Positions 39,301 to 53,650 are shown, counted from the whole stretch's first letter. The stretch: 63,456 nucleotides of DNA, filler included, from Ministeria vibrans ATCC 50519 (GCA_943704425.1; 17 parts of 17 records of this genome joined end to end with filler, not necessarily neighbours in it), one strand, 5' to 3'. Numbers and translations: made by a program. Notes: generated by a model from the letters alone, not told the origin.

Positions 39301-42056
39301 TGCCACTGCGACATGGTCTTGAGGTAACCCGGCGGCGGAGGCGAGAAGGCCAGCTGAGCGGCATGAGGCACGTCCATGGGCACTCGCACGTCGTCCATAA
39401 GGGGCTGTCGCTCGGACGGCAACGAACTACTTTTGACGGTGGGTGTTGTTGAGAGGGGTGCAGAGCTGCTGGTGATTGACGAGACGGCCTCGGCGGCTTC
39501 ATCGGCGTCGCTTGCACTCGCTTCGCCCTCGAGCTTGAGAAAGACCTCCTCGAGAGTGGTCGAGGCAATGCCAAAGTCACGGATGCCGAGGGAAACTCGA
39601 TTGTCCTCGAGGTGCGCAAAGAAGGAGGGGAAAGAGCGAAGTGCGGTGAGCGGGAGCATGTAGTGGGCATCTTCACTGCCCACACGCACACACTCAGCAG
39701 AGGGCATGACGCCCTTGATGGACGCGTCGACGGCACTCGCGTCAAAGTTTCTGTCTTTGCTCACTTGCAAGTGGTACCCAATGCCAAATGTGTTCTTGAG
39801 AAACAGAGATGTGCCCTCGCACAACACCTTGCCTTTGTGCAGTACAGCCTTGCGATGTGCCAAAATGTCTGCCTATACACACACAAAAAAGGATAATTAA
39901 TAATAATAACAAAATAATATTATAATAATAAAAATTATTATTAATAATTATTATTATTATTATCAATGGAGCATACCTCATCCATAAAGTGAGTGCAGAG
40001 AAGAGTGACACGCTGGTCGTGCTGTGCGCGCAAGAGAGTCCACATGCGACGGCGCGAGACGGGGTCCATTCCGGCAGTGGGCTCGTCCAAAACGAGAATT
40101 TTGGGGTCGCCAACCAGGGCAATGGCAACGCTGAGCTTGCGCTTCTGTCCGCCACTGAGCGACTCGGCAAAGGAATCCTTTTCGCCAATGAGGTCGACGG
40201 AGCGCACTAGGTCATTCATGCGCTGATCAACAAGGGCAATGGGAACGCCTTTGATGCCAGCGTACAGCTCAATGTGCTCGACGACCGTAAGGTTGGGGTA
40301 CAGGATGTCGTGCTGCGGACACACACCCATGCTCGCGCGGATGTCCTCCATTTGCGTCTCCACGTCGTACCCGAGCACACTTGCTCCGCCACTCGTGGGT
40401 GGCACAAACCCCGACAGAATGGAGAAGAGGGTCGTCTTGCCTGCGCCATTGTGACCCAGCAGCGCAAAGATCTCGCCCATGCCCACGTGCAGCGACACGC
40501 CATTGAGTGCAGCCGTCTCGCTGCGCGGGTACACCTTGGTGAGTCCATTAATGACAATCGCCGGCCCTGATCCGTTGGCGACCGACGACGATGCGACGAG
40601 CAGCTCCGCACCGCCATCGTCGCCAAGAGCGGTATAGCCGGCGGGAGAGCCGCTGATGGAGCGACCCTTGCTGCTGCTACTGCTGCTGCTGCTACTCGAC
40701 TTGGGTTGGGTGCCGCAACCGAGGAAGAAAAGGGGGTGCTTGCGGGAGCCAAAGGGACCCGGAACAACCGCATCGAGGTACATGGCAAGGAGAAAGTATA
40801 TGAGAGCGTCCACAAGACACATGATCATGACGCTGGCTGCGGAGAAGTCGCCGTCACCAATGTTGCTAAATTGCAGGCCCACGCCGCGCGTTTCGTAGTC
40901 GGTGACGATGCCAAAGCCAAGGGAGATGGCAGTGGGGGAGATGAGGGAGACTCCCCAGTAGGTCGCAAGGGACGCGCCACCATTGAGCGAGATGGGCAAG
41001 TAGGCGAGGGACGGGATGATGTTAACGAGGCCGCCGAGGCTGGTAGCCGTCGTGGCCTTGCTGAAAAAGGGCGTGAGCATAAAGGCAAAGCCGATGAGGC
41101 TGAGGCCGTAACAGTAGAGCATGAGGAAGATGAGGAAGACGTTGGAGTGCGCCAAGAGCTGCGTGAGACGCGCCACGACGGCCATGATGAGCACTACAAC
41201 GCCAATGATGACAGTGTACGTGAGGAACCACGAGAGCCAGAGGGTCACCGGACGCAGACCCATCATCAGCATGCCCTCTTTGATGCGGTTCTCCTTCTCC
41301 AGCACAATGCTCATGAGTAGGAAGGTCATGAGCGGCGACATGGCCAGCACCATGTAGATGCCCACAATCGTTTCAAAGCCGGCGTTGATGTCGACAAACG
41401 GGGGCAGGGGTGCCTGTTGCAGGTCAATGCTGAGTGACGGGGTGCTCGTCATCGACGGGACACTTGACTGCATGATGCTCAGATCGAGTGCCGACTGGAG
41501 CGCCATAAACCCCGACAGATAGTAGTTTGACGTGGTGCACGAGTACTGCGACAGCGGGTTGCTGCTGCCGCGACAGCTGGCGAGCGACGAGGTGCGCTGC
41601 GACGTGGAGGGAACGTCGCTCCCGACAATGCGAATATCGTATGCCCACTCTTGCTGGACAGTCGGCGAGGAGGGCACCTGCGTGAAGATCACGCCCGAGA
41701 AGTAGGCAGACGGCTCAAGCAGGTAGCTCGTGGTGAAGTCGGCGTCGCTGGCGAAGCCCTGCAGCGAGTCGGTGCCGTTGAGCATGCCGAGCGAGAGAGC
41801 GACGCGCGCCATCACCCGCGCCGTCTGCGTCGTGTTGGGCGCGAACGCAAGCAGCCGCGATGTCTCAACCCTCGCCGACGCGGACAGTGGGGTCGCTGCA
41901 GACGCCGGCTGCTCCTGGTAGTTGGTGGGCTGGAAGGCTGCTTTCACTGCAAACGGTGTTGTGTAAAATTCCCCACCACACTGAGAGGTACTGTGTTGAC
42001 TTACTGCCCACCAAGAAGAGAACAAACATGATCGGAAAGAGAATCTCGCGCATAAG
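36321..42056 (-). CDS. ABCA-family full-length lipid transporter (TMD-NBD-TMD-NBD); 5' end lies in the N gap
   Basis: EKENRIKEGMLMMGL; NBD1 LLGHNGAGKTT, GVCPQHDIL, LSGGQKRKLS and LDEPTAGMDP; TTLEEVFL; NBD2 GLLGPNGSGKTS and TTHSMEEADAL; C-terminal TTLEQVFL. Confidence 0.96.
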
Positions 42057-43073
42057 CTAGAAGCAAGCGGGTGGGTGGAAGGAGGGGCGGGGGCGNNNNN
42101 NNNNNNNNNNNNNNNNNNNNNNNNNNNNNNNNNNNNNNNNNNNNNNNNNNNNNNNNNNNNNNNNNNNNNNNNNNNNNNNNNNNNNNNNNNNNNNNNNNNN
42201 NNNNNNNNNNNNNNNNNNNNNNNNNNNNNNNNNNNNNNNNNNNNNNNNNNNNNNNNNNNNNNNNNNNNNNNNNNNNNNNNNNNNNNNNNNNNNNNNNNNN
42301 NNNNNNNNNNNNNNNNNNNNNNNNNNNNNNNNNNNNNNNNNNNNNNNNNNNNNNNNNNNNNNNNNNNNNNNNNNNNNNNNNNNNNNNNNNNNNNNNNNNN
42401 NNNNNNNNNNNNNNNNNNNNNNNNNNNNNNNNNNNNNNNNNNNNNNNNNNNNNNNNNNNNNNNNNNNNNNNNNNNNNNNNNNNNNNNNNNNNNNNNNNNN
42501 NNNNNNNNNNNNNNNNNNNNNNNNNNNNNNNNNNNNNNNNNNNNNNNNNNNNNNNNNNNNNNNNNNNNNNNNNNNNNNNNNNNNNNNNNNNNNNNNNNNN
42601 NNNNNNNNNNNNNNNNNNNNNNNNNNNNNNNNNNNNNNNNNNNNNNNNNNNNNNNNNNNNNNNNNNNNNNNNNNNNNNNNNNNNNNNNNNNNNNNNNNNN
42701 NNNNNNNNNNNNNNNNNNNNNNNNNNNNNNNNNNNNNNNNNNNNNNNNNNNNNNNNNNNNNNNNNNNNNNNNNNNNNNNNNNNNNNNNNNNNNNNNNNNN
42801 NNNNNNNNNNNNNNNNNNNNNNNNNNNNNNNNNNNNNNNNNNNNNNNNNNNNNNNNNNNNNNNNNNNNNNNNNNNNNNNNNNNNNNNNNNNNNNNNNNNN
42901 NNNNNNNNNNNNNNNNNNNNNNNNNNNNNNNNNNNNNGGGGGGAGAGAAAGGAACAAAGTGAGAGAGAGAGAGAGTAGAAAGAAACAAAGTGATAGAAAG
43001 AGGGGAAAGAAACAAAGTGAAAGAGAGAGAGAGAGGAGAGAACGAAAGGAAGTAATAGAGAGAGTATCACCCG

Positions 43074-43118
<45 letters not shown>

Positions 43119-43186
43119 TTCCCTCTCTCTCTCTATCCTCAATCTGTCAATTTGTTTTCATCCCTCCTTTCTCTCTATTTCTGTAC

Positions 43187-43726
43187 CTTTGGGCGCGAGA
43201 GGGACCCGAATTGGCTCCGGGTGATCGAGAGAGAGCAGCGTGCGAACAACATGGGCAAAGCGGGAGGGGAAGAGTCGTGGAGTGGGGTCGCGGTACGATG
43301 AATGACGGGGCAGGGCCAGCGACGCATTGTGGAAGCAGTGCACCGCCGTGGCGGGTGTGCGGAAGTTGGCTGTGTTGAGCTCGAGCAGTCCTCTCCTGGG
43401 ACCGCTCTGCTTTGCTCGAGTAGGTTTGTGGCTTGTCCACAGTTGGATCATTTGTGCGTAGTATGGCGGTGTGGTAGAGCCGTGTTTCGGAATAAAGTAG
43501 TCGACATTATAGTCAACGGGTGCGTCAGGATCCTGTGTGCTATTGTCGATAGAAGAGACAGGCAGATACAGTTGCAGTGAACGACACATACAAGAATACA
43601 CACAAAGCAGACAAAGCACACACACATACAAAAACAGACATATATATATATATACTACACACACACAAACACACAAACACACACGCATACACACACACTT
43701 AGCACACTCACGGACATAATTATAAA

Positions 43727-43760
<34 letters not shown>

Positions 43761-44484
43761 GTATTATTATTATTATTAAAACACACACATGCTGCATACA
43801 CACTACGTACGAATAATATTTATGCTTGTATTGCTTCTTACCGCGGCACATTGACAATGGGAATGAGAAGGTAATCATCGGTCTTGGCAAGGAGGCGTGA
43901 GACGAGGTTTCGCCGTTCCAGCTCGGCAAAGAGTGGATAGAGTGTGTCCGTGTGCAAATGATAGTAATTCGAATGTCCATAAAGTTGAAAGTAGGTAAAG
44001 AAGAACGCCTCGGCCGTGTGGGTGTGGGTGCACTTGATCGGATCGCTCGTGGGAATCACTTTGAACATGTTAGTCATATGGTGATACTGAAAAAGAAAGA
44101 GAATGCATTTTGAGAAATTCAGTTGCCAAAGCACTACAGTCGCGTCGCGCACACCCACATGCACAGCAATACACAGAGATACACAAAGTGAGGGAGAAGA
44201 TAGGAGACCACTCAAAACGAATCTGTCACAGTCTGACAGTCAGCAAACGGAAACAGTCTGACAAAACGCCATAATCTTCGTACATCGTCCATCTTGAAGG
44301 TATTCCAGGCTTCCCGCGGCACCAGGAACTTGCCATCGGAGGCTCTCAGTGCCAGGATGGGGCTGTCGTCGGTGGAGCGAAAGCGACAGCCAATGTACGG
44401 ATGCGCACCCGCATAGCTCTCGATGTGCACGTCAGCCAGCGCCGCCGCCGCCACGCTCAGCACGGCCAATCCAACAAGGTGCAT
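43187..44484 (-). CDS. Putative GT61-family glycosyltransferase (POMGNT2/EOGT-like), N-terminal part; the remainder lies in the gap
   Basis: Signal peptide MHLVGLAVLSVAAAALA; HSNYYHLHTDTLYPLF resembles the GT61 N-x-x-H...D-x-L-x-P-L-F motif; VHCFHNA. The catalytic C-terminal part is not visible. Confidence 0.5.
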
Positions 44485-44778
44485 AGCAACTGTAAACAAT
44501 GAATAAAAATACTTTTCAGTGCTCACTATTATGAGACTAATCTCAAATCTGTTGACTCTGTTATGTGAATCTATCAGTATTATCTCCGTCATAAAATAGT
44601 ATTATTAATCTACTTCCGATTGTTTGTTTCACCAAAAATAACAGTCAAAATTTCATTTTTATAACATTGCCAGCCGACATTGACTCGCCAGATCGGACAA
44701 TATAACCCACAAAAAAAAATAGAGAACGGAATCATGGTGATTATTTTTTTAAAAACTCTCATGACACGCAAGTGGAGA

Positions 44779-46157
<1,379 letters not shown>

Positions 46158-46386
46158 CTTTCTTTAGAAATGAGAGAAGGTCCGTAAAGGGTTTTAAAGG
46201 AACTAAGAGGAGAGAGAGAAAGGATGAGCCAAAAAAAAAAAGGTGATTTGTCACTGTTAAGCAATAGTGGAGTGGTAGGATTGCACGCGATGCACGGGTG
46301 CAGTGCGCATAGGGCGGGGAGAGGGAGGTGGGGCCGGTGGGAAGGCGGCTTTGGCAGTGGCGAGTGAGACAATTGAATCCACGAGT

Positions 46387-46430
<44 letters not shown>

Positions 46431-46843
46431 TCTGTCTGATTGAAGTCCCAGCGATTCCTGATGCACGGACATGGGAACAGGTGTATACGCTTAGGACACC
46501 CGGGTGACGGTGTTGCAGAAGGGGCGTAGGAAGAAGAAGACGGAAATTGAACGAAAGGGAATTGCGATTGAAAGCTGCCAGGAGACGCAGAGCCACACGC
46601 GGTGGTCGGTGCTCCCTGGTAACAACAGGCGACGTGCACTTACCGCAAAAGCGAGAAAAAAAAAGGGTCGTTCTAATTTCAATTTTCATTATTTCAGATT
46701 TCTCCAATTTTTAGTTTGAGAGAGTTGAACAACGATTAATCGATTATTCTTATCACTCAGGATTTTAACTTTCTTTCTTTTTTTTGTGAATTGTGTTGTT
46801 ATCGCCCGTCTGGCTCTTCTTCAACTGTTTCCTACGGACGACC

Positions 46844-48026
46844 ATGCAAAAGATTGACAAGTTTGCCGACTTTGGGCGGAAGATTGTGGCGATTGGACGC
46901 AACTATTCGTGAGAAGAAGAGCAAAGAGGGAATGAGTGGGCTCTCGCGCGACTGATGTGTCTCACAGGGAGCATGCCAAGGAGCTGAGCAACCCCGTGCC
47001 CTCCAAGCCCTTCTACTTTCTCAAGCCCACGTCATCCTACTTGAAAGAGGGCTCTGCGATCCGTGTGCCGCTGGGGAGCGATGTGCATCACGAAGGTACA
47101 CAATGCACAATGCACAATGCACTATTCTGCTTCTGACTTGGTGTGCCTGCAGTTGAGCTGGGCGTCGTCATTGGCAAGAAGGGTACACCGCACACATGAG
47201 CACACGGCGCCATCAAGAAGACCACACTCGATTGACACACACATGCACACATACACAACACAAGACACACTCAGCACTCACTCACTCACTCACTCACTCA
47301 CCCACTCACACACACACTCACACACACACACACACACACACACTCACTTACTCACACTCACACACTTACCACGCACTCACTCACTCACTCACACACTTAC
47401 CACGCACTCACTCACTCACACACACTTACCACGCACTCACTCACTCATTCGTTCACTCTGTCTCTCACACACAGGGTTCAACATTAGCGAGTCGGACGCC
47501 ATGGACTACGTCGCAGGGTACGCACTGTCACTTGACATGACCGCGCGCGATGCGCAGGTATCGCCTCTTTGCTTACATGCACCCTCTGACCCACACGCAC
47601 ACTTGCACACGCAGAGTGCGGCCAAGGAGAAGCGACTTCCCTGGTCCATGGCCAAGGGATGTGACACCTTTGCTCCCATTGGCCCCTTCATTCCGTGCGA
47701 CCGCGTTTCCGATCCTCATAATCTTGACATTTGGCTCAAGGTACATGCCAGTGCGCCCGTTCATCTCTTAATAGCTTTTTTGTAGGTCAATGATGAAATG
47801 AAACAGAATGGAAACACCAAGGATATGATTTTCAGGTGGGAATGTTTTTCTTTTTGAGAGTGGGAACTGACCATTGGTCTGATTATGTATAGAATTCCGG
47901 CTCTGATTTCGTTTATTTCTCAGTCAATGACACTGGAAGAAGGAGATCTCATTATGACTGGTTCGTCTTAATATAGTTTACATCCATTCTCTCTCTCTAT
48001 CTCTCTATCACTTTGTTTCTTTCTCC

Positions 48027-48084
<58 letters not shown>

Positions 48085-48233
48085 GAATAGTCTGAGTCAC
48101 TTTCTCTTATTGAATCTCTTCTCCGTAGGTACTCCGAGTGGTGTTGGTCCTGTCCAACCCGGTGACATCATCACTTGTGGTACCCTCTTCACTTTGTCTG
48201 TTTCTCCTTTCTCACTATTTCTTTGTTTCTTCT

Positions 48234-48304
<71 letters not shown>

Positions 48305-48384
48305 CTCTCGTTGTCTCTTCACTAGGTTTGTCTGATCTAAGTGAATTGCGCTTTTTGGTTGAAAGTGGAATCGCCCTCCCTTAA
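46844..48384 (+). CDS. FAHD1: Fumarylacetoacetate hydrolase domain protein 1 (acylpyruvase/oxaloacetate decarboxylase), multi-exon
   Basis: KIVAIGRNYSEHAKEL, FLKPTSSY, HHEVELGVVIGK, ALSLDMTARD, PWSMAKGCDTF and TLEEGDLIMTGTPSGVG. Confidence 0.95.
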
Positions 48385-48466
48385 AAAGAATACAGTCAAA
48401 CTTTCACTTTGCCTTATTGTGTTTCATCTCGAATTGTTTCAATAACAAGTCGAATAGTGATAATAA

Positions 48467-48486
48467 CTAACCCTAACCCTAACCCT
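48467..48486. repeat. Short interstitial telomere-type repeat (CCCTAA/TTAGGG, about 3 units)
   Basis: CTAACCCTAACCCTAACCCT between the FAHD1 and COQ10 3' ends. Confidence 0.7.
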
Positions 48487-48557
48487 TACTAATATCAGAC
48501 GCTACAAAAAAAACACGCACAATATTATACATTGTTCAGGTCCACTACATTGTCCAG

Positions 48558-49578
48558 TCACAACTTCTCAGGTCCAAATTGGTCTTTACAGCGCAATAGA
48601 AACGAGTCCATCATTCGATTTGCAACTGGTGAGAATACTGATTCAATGGCCTAACACAAAAACAGAGTGAGTGTGATCATGCAACACGCTCAAGTGTCAT
48701 TCATTCCAAATACCATTTGATGAGCGGTCGACTGAAACGCAAATGTAATTGAAAAACGCACTTGACATGTTTGTGATCCGTTGACAGAGACGGACGGACG
48801 AAAATGCCAAAGAGTAGTGAGGTGAGAGAACACTGAGGAGTCGGTTGCACTCGCCTGCGCGACAATGGTTGGAATCAGTGCATCATCGATTATTACGTCC
48901 TGTCTTACTTTGATGGAACGGTTTGGACTGAGTTGCACCAGTGATGTGTACTCGGTGGAGAATGGAGGAAAGCCAATGGCCAGACGAGCACGCAGTGTTT
49001 GCGGTGTGGATTGGACTACTTTGGATTCCTGTTCAAGTGAGCGAACAGAGAGAGGAGAAAGAAACAAAGTGATAGAGAGAGGCAAAGTGATAGAGAGAGA
49101 GACAAATTAATAGAGAGAGAGGAGAAAGTGATAGAGAGAGAGGAGAAAGAAACAAAGTGAGTGAGTGCTGAGTCAGTGCGCCCGTTGCGATCTCACCCGC
49201 ACCCACGGAAGAAAGTCGCCGTAGTGCTCAACATCAGCAACAACGCTAAACACTTGCTCGGGAGTGTAGCCGACGTGGCGCTACGAGAACAGAGACTGGC
49301 ATGAGAGCGAGAACACGCGAGACGGGTCTGACACAAGTGCGACACAAGTGCGCGATTCAGTCAGACTGTCCCTCTGCCGCTACCTGCTCTCGAAACGTCG
49401 TTTGGCCGTCCACTGAAGGACTTAGGGTTGAAAAAATACCCCCGAAGGAGCGGACAGGCTGCTGGGTGGCGCGTTTGGCGAAGGGGAGGGCAACACGGTT
49501 TGGCGACGGAAATGCACTTCGCAATGCGACACTTCGTATTAATCGACCAGACAACGTGGTGGCGCGCAGTGCATACAT
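48558..49578 (-). CDS. COQ10: Coenzyme Q-binding protein COQ10 (START domain) with a mitochondrial presequence
   Basis: Arg/Ser-rich presequence; YTPEQVFSVVADVEHYGDFLPW, LAIGFPPFSTEYTSLV and VFSHLTTLWHF. Confidence 0.92.
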
Positions 49579-49939
49579 GCCAGTTTGGTGGTGTAGGGAG
49601 ATGAATATGTATTGAACACGAAAAAATGATGAGTGATAAGTGATCATGAGACTAAAAGATAAAAGATAATTCCAAACTGAAAACAATGGAAAGAAAACGA
49701 ATCGCAATACTCAATATTAGTATTAGCAATTACGATTTACGGGGATTGTATATGAACACAAATTATTGAAGAAGAAAAAGAAGAAGAAGAAGACGTTTGC
49801 CATTTATTAGCAATCACAAACGAATAATAAGCATTCACATTAGATCGCTGTTTACTCACGCGTCTCCTTGGTCTCAGTCGCACTTGCAAAAAAAGTGGCT
49901 CGAAAAATGACTAATAATATGATATTTACATTGATACAA

Positions 49940-52900
49940 TCATGGGCTGGGCGCAGGGGCAGCGGTAGCGACGGGGGCAGAGGCCACACCACTGCCAGTG
50001 CGGTACAGCAGAATGTCACCGTCGTTGAGAGTGTCGTGCCACCTTCTCCAAATGCGACCTAGTAACAGTGCTTGCAACTGATCAACCGCAGTGGAGGCTA
50101 AGCTCTGAAGACGAGACCTCAGATCGCGCACAGAGATGACAGACTCGCCAGCCTCAAACACCTCTGCCTTCGGACCCAGTGCGCGCACCAGCAGTGCTGT
50201 CAGCTTTGTCTGCGACTTGTCGTCCGTCGTGTATCCCTTGTCGTCAGGCAGTGAGCTCGCCAGGACCTGGCGTGCATACCCAACACGAGGTGCATCCAAC
50301 TGTGGGCCAATGTCGTCCTTGACCAGCGCACCCGAATTGCAAAAGTCGCAAATGACGAGCACATTGCACCCGTTCCACGATACGTGTCCCTCAAGAATAC
50401 CCCTGAGGTTCGTCAAATTGAAACACGATCGCTTGTCGTCCGGGGTCTCAATAGCATTGCTCAGCACCAGTCCCCCGCGACCATCACTCACGCCATGCCC
50501 AATCAGATGCACAACCAGCACTGATGTTCGGCCGAGCAGGTCAGCCTCCTCAGCGAGCTCAAATGCCGCTTCTTTGATCCGCTCCTCCGTGACTTCCACC
50601 CACCCACCCGCCGGGTCCACATCCGACACTGAGCGCACACTAAACTTGCGCTGTTTCCACATGTCAGACACGAGTGTGACACTGTGCGCCACTCCAGGAA
50701 GGTCGGCATACTTCTTCAGCGGCTTGCGCTTCGTGCTCTTGTACTTGCTCACCCCCACCACCAGCGCACCCGCGTACGAGTAGTTGGCAGGAAGGACCAC
50801 ATCTGCAAAAACGACGTGTTACATGCTCATCATCTGAACGTCATCTCAACTAATTGTTCTCTTACTCTTCCGCTGAGTGCACACCCACCACTCCTCCAGT
50901 CGCTCATTGCACACACGCACACTGCAACTGTGCTTAGACATCTCCCCACGCACGAAGTCACTTTGTCGGTGCTTCTCACTCGCGTGTGCCACACTCTCTG
51001 GTGCAAACAGTGGTGCGTTGCTCTCGAATGGATGCGCCGGCACAACAACCGGCGTGCCCCGCCAGCCCCACCGCAGCGAACGAGTCCCGTCGCACACCGC
51101 CCCGCAGATGCGATTCACAGTGCGCTGCACTCGCTCCGGATCACTGTCGTCCGTCAACTCCATGCGCACAAACGACTCCGTCGCGTTCAGTCGCAGTCGC
51201 ACGGGAACACACCCGTCCAGTCGCATTGCACTTGTGCATCGCTGTGTCGCACAGATGGGACTGTCGAGCAAGGACGCACGCCACAGTGACACCATCAGTA
51301 GGTGGAACGTCGCGAGGGAAACAGGAAGCATCTCCGAGGTGCTGGCAAACTGGTAGAGGAACAGCTGAACGGGAAAATGAGCGGGTGTGTCGAGGAAGGG
51401 TGCGTGGTCAGGCAGAAGCATAGGCACAAACAGGTGCTTGTCACGGCGCAGCACAAGGCTCAGTCGCTCAAGACAGAGCATAAACGCAGACACGTCCGTC
51501 ACATCGGCGCCAGCAAGAAGAGGAATGAGCTCGGGCTGGGGAGGAGGAACGCCGATGAGTTTGCGAACAAACTTCTCAAACAGCGTGGGTTCCTTGGGGG
51601 TGGCTTCGCTTGGAGCAACCATCAACTGACTGGCTCGCGTGGACGCTGCAGTCCACACAAGCCATTCGGCCGCCTCAACGGGAAATCCACATTCTGAAGC
51701 GTCTTTGCACCGGTCCAGTTCGCCAAGTAGTCGCGCTGTCCGATCGGCTGCTCCCTCGTCTGGGTGAGACCAACCGGCCTTCTCGACCTCGCGCAGCATC
51801 GCCAGTGCTCGCTTGCTCTTTGCGTGTCCCCACCGTGCCATTACCACCGAACACAACAGCTCCAGTGCGCCAATCAGTCGTGGTACATCAAACACAATCG
51901 TATCCAACTCGCTCACCACCTGACTTGTCGCATCCGCACGACACACCAGAATGTCTGCAGCACTCTCCAGATACGGCACAAGTCCTTCTCGGATTGCACT
52001 CTCAGTCGGCAACATCTCACCGAGTGTCACAAGCGGTTCGTCGTTGAGCTTGAGCGTGTTCAGTGCCCCCACACTCAACATGAGGTCCACCTTGCCCAGT
52101 CGCGCCCACCGTCCAATCAGATCCTGTGCTACGACCAACTCCAGTGGAAGTGTACGCTTCCGCACGGCCTTGTGCATCGCCATGCTCACTGCGGACAGAC
52201 CAAGACGCTTTCGACTGCCCACCTGGAAGAAAGGCACACCGGGAGTGTCGGCTGGCATCAGCAGGTGGCTGCCAAGCACAGTATGGACCAGACGCAGAAC
52301 CTCGCGAGCGACACGCGACAGAAGATCGTCGGGCACTGTATTGTTGGGGAATGTGTCGAGGTGGGAACCCACAATGATGACACGGAAGTACGACTGGTCG
52401 GTGGTGGGCACCTGGTGCGCAATGATGTGCGCCCACTTGGACAGGTGTTCGTACTGTCGTAGAGCCTTGCGTTCAAAGTCCATGACAGACAGGTCAAAAA
52501 CGAGAACGTAGACCGACTCAGAGCCCATGAAAAGAGCTGGAAGCGAGTCGTACATCGACTCACCTGGTAGAAACAGCAATGCGGGATTATACACAAAAAT
52601 TGCATTGTAACGTGACTCACCTGCAAAGTCGAAAGCGTCCATGTCAACATGTTCTTCGCGCAGCTCACCCTCAAGCAGTCCACGCACAAGCGCCATAGTA
52701 GGATTCGCGGTGGTGGCCGCAAGTGGAAGCGGTGCTGTGGGCGGTGGTGACGGAGCGCGGTCACCACTGGTCGACGATGAGGGGCCAGAGGATGGAGACG
52801 GTGCAGTGTGGCGTATGGGAGCAGGAGCAGGTGTGGGTGAGGATGGACGCGATGTCGGTGCTCCTGAAGGACCTGGCGCATCCTCATCTTTCTCACTCGT

Positions 52901-53548
52901 GTCGCCCACCACCACCGTCGGCATCTCCTTCTCTTTCTTCTCTCCAGCTCCATCCGCCAGCACACTTGACAGACGCAGTTCATCAAGTGGCACGGCCTCA
53001 AACACGCCTGTTCCCTTATTCAACACCATTCGCATTTTGTACATGCGAGTCGCCAGTGAGCGGTCCTCCTCGCCCGGCAACTTTTCTCCCCTCAGTGCAG
53101 CCAATAGAGCAGTCTTGCCCGCTTCCGTCGCACCCAAGAACAGCACTTTGATCGACCGACTAATCACTGACCCGCGTGCCAGGGCAGCAGAGAAGGCGAG
53201 GTTGTAAGCAACGGCACTATACAGATTGTCACTCAGTCAATGAAGAGAAATCAAAGGCACTTTCTTTTTCTTACGAAAGAACGTCACGAATAGCCCATTG
53301 CGTGCGATGACCATCTTTAGAGTGCACAAGGAGTGTCTCCCCGTCAGAAGACATTTGAATCATCGCAATTGGACTACACGATATATCATTATTTTGACTC
53401 TGAAGTACAAACAGGAATTGATTCCTCCTTGGTTACCTGTGATTGGCATTGAGTGTTGTGATTTGTGTTCCTTTCGCAATGCTCCGCGCTTTGAGTGTGC
53501 TGTTAGTTGAACCATTAAAAATGGTCTTTCCATCACGAGAGACACACA
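49940..53548 (-). CDS. WD40 - Roc GTPase - COR-like - caspase-like (peptidase C14) fusion protein, multi-exon, 5' truncated
   Basis: WD40 exons (CVSRDGKTIFNGSTNSTLKA...TLNANH; IQMSSDGETLLVHSKDGHRTQW). Roc motifs IKVLFLGATEAGKT, DFAG, SVYVLVFDLS and IIVGSHLD. A phase-1 GT-AG intron at 50803-50865 joins this in frame to ALVVGVSKY...DLPG...HLIGHG...VICDFCNSG. Confidence 0.85.
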
Positions 53549-53650
53549 NNNNNNNNNNNNNNNNNNNNNNNNNNNNNNNNNNNNNNNNNNNNTTAATTAA
53601 TTAANNNNNNNNNNNNNNNNNNNNNNNNNNNNNNNNNNNNNNNNNNNNTA

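Noticed and set aside
42001-43378. Long ORFs in the track spanning poly-X, and (SL)n/(RE)n ORFs elsewhere
   Set aside because: Artefacts of N gaps and GA/CT microsatellites.
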